From Ramazzottius varieornatus (lineage: Eukaryota; Animalia; Tardigrada): a stretch of 64,000 bases of DNA. Positions 57,057 through 64,000 of the stretch are shown piece after piece. The stretch lies in the NCBI GenBank assembly GCA_001949185.1, contig BDGG01000001.1, forward strand, positions 2,683,324 through 2,747,323, given 5' to 3'. The first letter of the stretch is position 1; the number at the start of each line of letters is the position of its first letter. A program made the position numbers and the translations under genes. A model generated the notes under the pieces. It made no database searches. It was not told the origin of the DNA and saw nothing but the letters and a program-made list of their open reading frames with translations.

Positions 57057-58409
57057 TTATTTCTTCACACCGACTTCACCACTTTTCGCGCCCGTTGATG
57101 CAGCAGGCTGTTCCTCGTCGTCCTCGTTAGCCGAAGACTTTCGCGCGCTTCGATTCTTGCTGACAAACATTAGTATCATCACAGCAGGTAAATAAATCAA
57201 ACTATAACGAAATAGCTTGCGAGATGTCTGACTATCCGCATTCTGGTAAAACTTATAAGCTAAATACATCATATACAAATTAAAAGGCGCAGTATCAAGA
57301 ACGAACGTCCAGGTTGTCAAACCACAAACAGGAGCCAAAGCACACATGGCTGTCAGGAAAACAGAGTGCCGCAGAGACGTTTTCCGGCACAAATCTGCAA
57401 AATACAAAATTAATTTGAAATGTCGACCGCATTAGCAAAGTACGAGTACAACACTAGAGTCTAACTTCACCAAATTTGACAAACAGTCGACTACCTGGAT
57501 CAGTAACACACATCATTCGATATCCGGCTCGCGAATAGTCGTTTCGCAAGTTCCAGCTTAGAGCGTTGAAGTGAGGAAACTGCCAGGAGAAGAGTATTCC
57601 TCCCAGTATCAATGCACCTCAAACGAAGCCTAATAAGTCATTCGGAACATTTCCAAAGCTGGTAATGATTTACCGGGATCGATGAAACCGGTACAGGCTG
57701 TCCAGCCCATCACTGGAGGAACAGCGCCAACAACAGCACCGATCCAGGTATTGGCAATGTTATGGCGCTTGGCTGGAGTATACACGCTGGTGTACAGTAG
57801 CAAGTTAGCTGCCCCGAGGAAAGCTGTCAGGGGGTTCACGAAGGAGAGTGCGGTCACTCCGGCGATCCCGGTAGTCACTCCGAAGGAAACCGCATGTAAA
57901 GGACTACGAAACCATACTTGAATTCATTCCGCACCCACAGACAATCGTCACGCAGAGGACCCATCATTTTGATAGTAACATAAGGCAAAAAGCTACTGAC
58001 CTAATGACTCCGCGAACCAGTGCTCGGTTCTTGGTTCGATTCATCTGCGAGTCATATGGGACTTCCAAAAACTAACAGCACAGTTCTAGCATGTTCCGTA
58101 GTCAAAACAGAAGATAAACGGAACGTCAGTGATAACGGACCTGGTTGAAGGAGTTGGCAGCGGAAGATGTTAAAGCGGTACCGACGGTAACCACAGCCAA
58201 GGTGCTCGGACTGATCACTCCCGGTGCCATTGCATATCCCGCCACGGTAGTAGAAACCACAAGTCCTGTGAAAAGAAAAACTTTTTCTTTATGGATGACA
58301 ACGGGCGAAAGACTGCTGCCTCAAATCATGCTAACGTACCAGTCAGACGAGATTTCGAAAGCATCAAGTAATATCGTAGTCCCAAACCGACATCCATGGC
58401 TATGGACAT
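57057..58409 (-). CDS. COX10: Protoheme IX farnesyltransferase (heme O synthase); 5' end unresolved
   Basis: [111 protein letters not shown]. Confidence 0.92.
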
Positions 58410-61400
58410 CTGGGAAATTCTTCGGAACTGCGGCGGTCAGGCCTCAGGCACACAGAATGTGCAACTCTTTTGAGAACGGCTTCCGGATGTGCCAGTGTTC
58501 GTTCGGTCGCATCCCATCGGTATTTTCGGTGCAGAGGTACCCGTGCAAGTCAGCTGATCGCAACTGACAAATCCCTGTATTCCAAATCCCCCTTTCGCTC
58601 TTTTAGCCCAAGCTCTCTGGACGATTTAGAAAGAGTGAGCACCATCCAATATATCTTTAAGCATAAGCTTCGACATCCCAATGACAATGCACATCCTTCG
58701 ATCTAGCAAAAGAAGATCAAAACAATTTTAAATTTTTCGCCCGGAAACGGTCCAACGGAAAGGCGCCACAAAGCCAATCAAAAATCAACTCGAAGAGCTG
58801 TTTCGCAATCTCGTGCTTGTGCCCGGGGAGTAGGATCGCACCTGCTGCCCGCGGGGCGGTAGGGGAATGGGTCAATGGGATGATTTTCGCGCGGCGGCTC
58901 TCAGAAATTCCTGCATGCCGATGCTGCCGTGCTTTGTATGGCTCCGAGCCTCCGACTAGGCCTGTCAGGCTGTCACTCTCAGCTGGGTGAGTGCGCTTGC
59001 CTGTCGATTTCATCCGAGAGGATCAGGCTGCAAGATCGTTTCTTTCTTTGTATCGACTGTGTGAAGGCAGCTGCATATTTCATCAGGGAGATCATAACCT
59101 TCACCGTCGAGCTATTGTTGAAAGCTTTCGCTGAATTCCTCCACAAGGATCACGGATCAAGACTCTTCCTTGGACGCGCTGAAGAACTGACCACTGGATA
59201 TCAAGGAACGCTTCTCGAGCCATCTCACTGTAAGTGGATCTTTCCATCATTGCGTGTCACTTGATTGCCTGATGAGCTGGTCATTCTAGGTTACTTTCCA
59301 GTTGCTGCCGCTGATTCAAGTCCGATCTCCTCTTCAAACAAAGGCTGCTCCGGTTTGGTGACAGTGTTTTTCCTCGACGAGGAAGTGTGATATCTTGCAA
59401 GGTAAACGATAAACATACAGCGGTTGACTTGTCAAAAGTGCTCAACGAGCACTTTGCCAGTTCAAGCCACTGTCGATGAGGATTTGTCACCGTCGACCTT
59501 GAGCACTATCATTGTGTACTACTGGATGCACTCTGTCCAAACGATAACATTGTTCGAGGTCTTTTTTCTAACAAAAGGTTGTGTTTGTAGGTTTTAACGC
59601 TGAACAGCACAATATTCCCCAACAGCGGAAGCGTCCAGGATAAGCTGTCTTCGCGACTGCGCACATCGAAGGTACGAGCAGATTTCCTTAGTTGCGTTTC
59701 CCCGGGACGATACCTTAATAAAATCGTACGCGTAGCAGTGTTATGGGTAGAAGTTTCTCGATGGGCTTGATGTGGGCTTCGTGCGGACTGGGAGCACGTC
59801 AGGACACAGGGATAAAGTTGGTCTTTCCGGTGGGGGCGTTTCGCACGCTCTTTTTGCTAGCATTTAGTTGGCATTTTAGTATTGTGCCCGCGTTCGTGCA
59901 CTTGTTGTCGTTGTGATGTATTTATTATTCTTCGGTCGCGATATAACATTTTATAGGTGCTTCACATCTGGCTGCAACAAAGGGTGCAGTTACAGTTGCC
60001 TGACTTTGGTTGTTGGTGGCAGTCAAGCATCACGTCCAATATCCCTCGCAACAATTGCGGCTCTCCCGCGTTGCTGGCAAAGTAATTATTTCTCAGTTCC
60101 GGTCTGCGAGACTACGCTAAGCCTCACGCTGCGAACCTTTTTCCATATTATCCCAAGGCTTACGAGAAATATCGATCGAATATTCTCCAACCCACAGAAA
60201 TTGACAAAGTTTGTGTAACCGGCGTTGAGACGATCGACCAACACAACATTAGGACAGGCTTTGGGTACGATCATTGGCTAGAAAGATCGACGCAAGGAAT
60301 GAAATCTCTTTCCGTCGGCATGTAAATTGAATGTATTACGAGTGCGTGTTTGTGATGAGTTGCCTCTGTTGAGTCAAAAGATCTGCGACTTTCTTTCCAC
60401 ACGAAGGCTTAACGGTGTTACTGCATCTCGCTTATCGCCTTCGGTATTGATTCTCCTAGCTCAGATTTTTAATAGATCGTTCTGACGTACTTGTCCCGAA
60501 TACTAGCTCCCCAAAACTTGCTAAGGAGAACCGAAAGTCAACCGGAAGTGTAAATGGGGTCTTCGCCGCCAATTTGAATTTTGACCCTTGTTTTCTTCCC
60601 ACTCGTTCCCTCCGAGTTCAAGGATCGGTTCCTCAATTAGGACAGAAGAATGGTTTTTCCGGTGCGCGTGAATCTTTAGTGAATTTTCACACTAGTTGAA
60701 ACAGGAAGTATCCTGGCTTCTCAGTCGCTTTCCTTTGTGGAAGACTGGAGTTTTCCAAACAGTTTAGCAGATTCGAGGGAAAAATGTGATACCCATTGAG
60801 AAAAAAATTGTGAAAAGAAGTCAATGCCGCGTGAGGAATGTGATCGACTCATTCGCGATGCTTCGTGCGTAAAACCCGCACTACAAAATCTGAAGTGGGG
60901 TACGTCGGCATTCAGAACAAGTTTTTAGCCGGTGGATGAGGAAAGCAGGAAGTGACTTTTATTCATGAGTCGAGTGACTTGAGTTGAGTTGAGTAAACCG
61001 CCGTCAGTACGCGGGGTGTCACCTGGAGTAAAAACTGCAGAGTTGGTGATTGAGGCCGTTCTCTTTGTGATCTTGAAATCATCACTAGGTTTTTGATAAA
61101 ACATACGCATTGATGTTTCGGTTCGCCGGGAAGCTTAGTGGAGGATCTCGAAGATGAAATAGAGGAAGAGGAATTCAGAAATCTTTTCGATTAGTTCCAC
61201 CGTAAAGGGCCGATATGGGACGTCGGAAAACGACTTGAACAAGAGGGTTCTCCCCAAGTGGCGCACACTGCCGACCAATAATAACGAGGACGTGAGCCGC
61301 TTGAGACAACAGTCATATTCGTTGATTTGGCGGTCTCCCATATCGTTCCCGCTGCCCGCACATGTCGGTTTAAAGGTTGTTTCGGCTGAGCTCCTGTTCG

Positions 61401-61620
61401 AGGACCTCGGTGAACCACTTCACCGCAGCTGTACGGTCATTGGGCCAGTTTCCAGTGATAACTAAGAACGCCTATTTTCATAGTCATTCTTTCTGGTCGA
61501 ACCTCAAGTAGCCGTTTGGAGCACTTGAGCAAATGGACCATTAACCATATACAGAAGGTGTAACTTTAACTTGCACCTTGTTTCGTTACAGAGTTGAACG
61601 AGAAGTAAGCTGAAGAGCTG

Positions 61621-63844
61621 ATGATGAACGACATCGACAGCAGGCTGGACTCTGAAGATGATGCGATGATCATCAAGGAGGAAGTTCAAGAGGACCTGCT
61701 GCTGGCGGAGGGACAGGCGGAAGTCGAGCCCGTTTCTGCGACGTCAGCGCAACGCTCTCCGCTGCCCGGCGTGGAGCAGCAAACGGTAAGCTAGAGTCTC
61801 CGCCACGAGCGCCGAAAGCTAAATCGAAAAGTCAGATGGAGATTTTGGTGGACGGAAATTACGAACAGTTAGAGAAAAAGTTAGATTACAGCTATATGAA
61901 AGTTCACGGCCAGATAGACGCTCGCGAAATCATGGGGAAGGTCCTCGAAAATGGAAGAGCTCGTTAGATTTGGGTTCGCTCGATGCCGTCCTCGATGCAT
62001 GGCTGGACGATGTTTGGACGTGCCCGATGACGCTAATTAGTCACATTACTTTGGATTTGTTTTCGCGCATGATGGATCTTGCATGTGGACCACTCCTTGG
62101 CTAATGAGCTTCGTTTTGGTGAGGACTGATGGATGAGGGGAAATCTCTTTGTCAGGGGGGATTAGATTACAAGAGAGACTGATGAGCCGATTTCGCTACT
62201 CTTTTCCGTAATCAAGTCCTTGGGTTAGTGCGTGCTGGGCGCTCGGAAAGTATCGAGATCTCGCAATGTAGTTGGATCTCCGTGATGTGGATGAAAATGC
62301 CGATGGCGCAAACGGGAAGTCGTCGACTCTGCGTGTGACGGATGCGAAAGCTGATGTGAAGCAGCAGCCACATTGCAGAGTGCTTCTTTGTTTGTTTGAC
62401 TTTGACAGGGCCCAAATTGACGAGCTGGCTTGACATCAGTGTACAGCAAAGTCAGTAGCCTAACTTCAGGGGAAAATTTCGAGCGATTTGGAGCAGTGAG
62501 CAAGTTAGAAAATCTGGTCTGAGAAATATGTGAAGGAAGGCTAAAATTAGGCTTGAAATTATGTTATGCTCCAGTATCTATGCGTGATGCGAATGAGCAA
62601 TCACTACTGTGTGCAGCAGTAGCCAGCTTGATGAAGTTGATGCGAGCGCAGATGCGGAATGTGTAACGGCAGCTGAGCCAAGTGAAAATATGATCTGCTT
62701 TCAATAACATCCCTCAACTTCAACTCCCGTGTTTTGTCTGTGGTAGTGGATAAGATCTTTCAGTCAAAGCATCTTCTGTTGTTGTCGCTCTGATCTGCTC
62801 GATCTGCTCTGATTCGATTCGACTCTTCCTCGTATTTTTGTTTCGTCGCTCTTGAGCATCCTCTCGAGTATCTTCTCAGGAATGTTTTCTAACTGTGCGG
62901 GAACGGTATGTGATTTTCCAAGTCGGTCTCTGACGGGAAGCCGTCGAGAACTGTCGGGAAAACCCGGAATGAGTTCTTGACAGCTCTTGATGGTGTTGTG
63001 TTATCCGATCCTATGACACCACCCAAGTCTGTTGGCCCATCAAAATTTATAAGGATGACAGTGGGCGTTGACAATTATATATTCGTGATTCTCATTGAAA
63101 TTCGCTAATTGGATTTTCCGTTTTGTTTTTGCAGCAAACTGACCTGGACGACGAAGTGCCAGCAAGTCTGAACAGCGAAGCAAAAAGCGACACCTCATCC
63201 AGTAATGGAGTGGGTACGGAGGTATCGTCGGGAACCGGAAGTCGCGCCGGTAGCGTTACAGCTTCCACCGCGACTTCGACCTCAACACAAGTGTCATCCT
63301 CCGCCGCACAAGCTGCCGTAGCTGCCCACACTTCCCCGAAGGCGGCTCTGGATGCGCCTCCGAAGCGGCTGCATGTCTCGAATATCCCCTTCCGGTTCCG
63401 AGACCCTGACTTGCGCGCGTTATTCGAGGTACCCATATTGACCTATCGTTTCCTCGAATATTCCGTAATAGTCTGTGATATCCGTTTCAGCCTTTCGGAA
63501 ACGTGACTCAAGTCGAAATCATCTTCAACGATAGAGGATCAAAGGTAAACTTTTCGTTCGTTTTCAACAAAATGTAGAATCACTGTTGATGGATGAGGAC
63601 TCATGAAGTTATTAAGCCCAGCATGCGCTTTATTCTCTGATTGTTATTTAATTGTCCCTTGTAACTCTACACTGGATATGTAATCCTGCAGTTGCACTTT
63701 TCCATTGCGTTGAACGGGTTAATCAAGTGGCTGTCTTTTGCATGCCTTCAGGGATTTGGTTTCGTGACCTATCAGAATGCATCCGACGCTGACCGGGCGA
63801 AAGAACACCTAAACGGCTCCGCGGTTGATGGACGTAAGATTGAG
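61621..63844 (+). CDS. RBFOX: RNA-binding Fox-1 homolog (partial; continues beyond the window)
   Basis: MMNDIDSR...EQQT-QTD..., [72 protein letters not shown], the diagnostic Fox-1 RRM. Confidence 0.95.
63739..63744 (+). promoter_or_regulatory. Rbfox binding element UGCAUG in the 3' splice site of the RRM exon
   Basis: TTTTGCATGCCTTCAG|GGATTT; the hexamer ends 7 nt before the exon start at 63752. Confidence 0.7.
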
Positions 63845-64000
63845 GTGCGCATGGTTTGGCTTTATCCAGCATTTACTCTCTATTTTTTGTCCGCATATTG
63901 TATCGTTCAAATGCCTGTGTAATATATTCATTTTAATGGTCGTCGGGAATGCAAACGGCAGTCGAGTCTTTCCAAGTCGTTCCACTGTTGCACACCACTC

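Overview
Eukaryotic (metazoan) genomic DNA: compact and gene-dense, with many short (~60-100 nt) GT-AG introns and a few N gaps. The style and gene set suggest an invertebrate, possibly a tardigrade such as Ramazzottius (inference only). Genes reconstructed by manual splicing, in order: a folate-receptor-family protein, two tandem NRF-6-like acyltransferases, two divergently transcribed aquaglyceroporins, a probable degenerate GT92-like glycosyltransferase, SNRK kinase, a Gly/Tyr-rich CBM14 cuticular protein, DDX6/Me31B, peroxiredoxin-4, PP2A B56, MEF2, COX10 and the 5' part of an Rbfox gene. At 39.8-43.5 kb is a transposon cluster with two MITE-like elements and a decayed intron-containing pogo/Tigger element nested in one MITE's terminal repeat. 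The most notable observations are: (1) a UGCAUG inside the 3' splice site of the 93-nt Rbfox RRM exon, matching the vertebrate autoregulatory layout; (2) Prx4 with a KDEL-like KADL tail; (3) a folate receptor lacking a GPI signal; (4) a candidate 30-nt cassette exon in the B56 substrate pocket; (5) the nested, intron-bearing transposon. No prokaryotic-type system, CRISPR array, rRNA or tRNA was found. Gene spans include introns.
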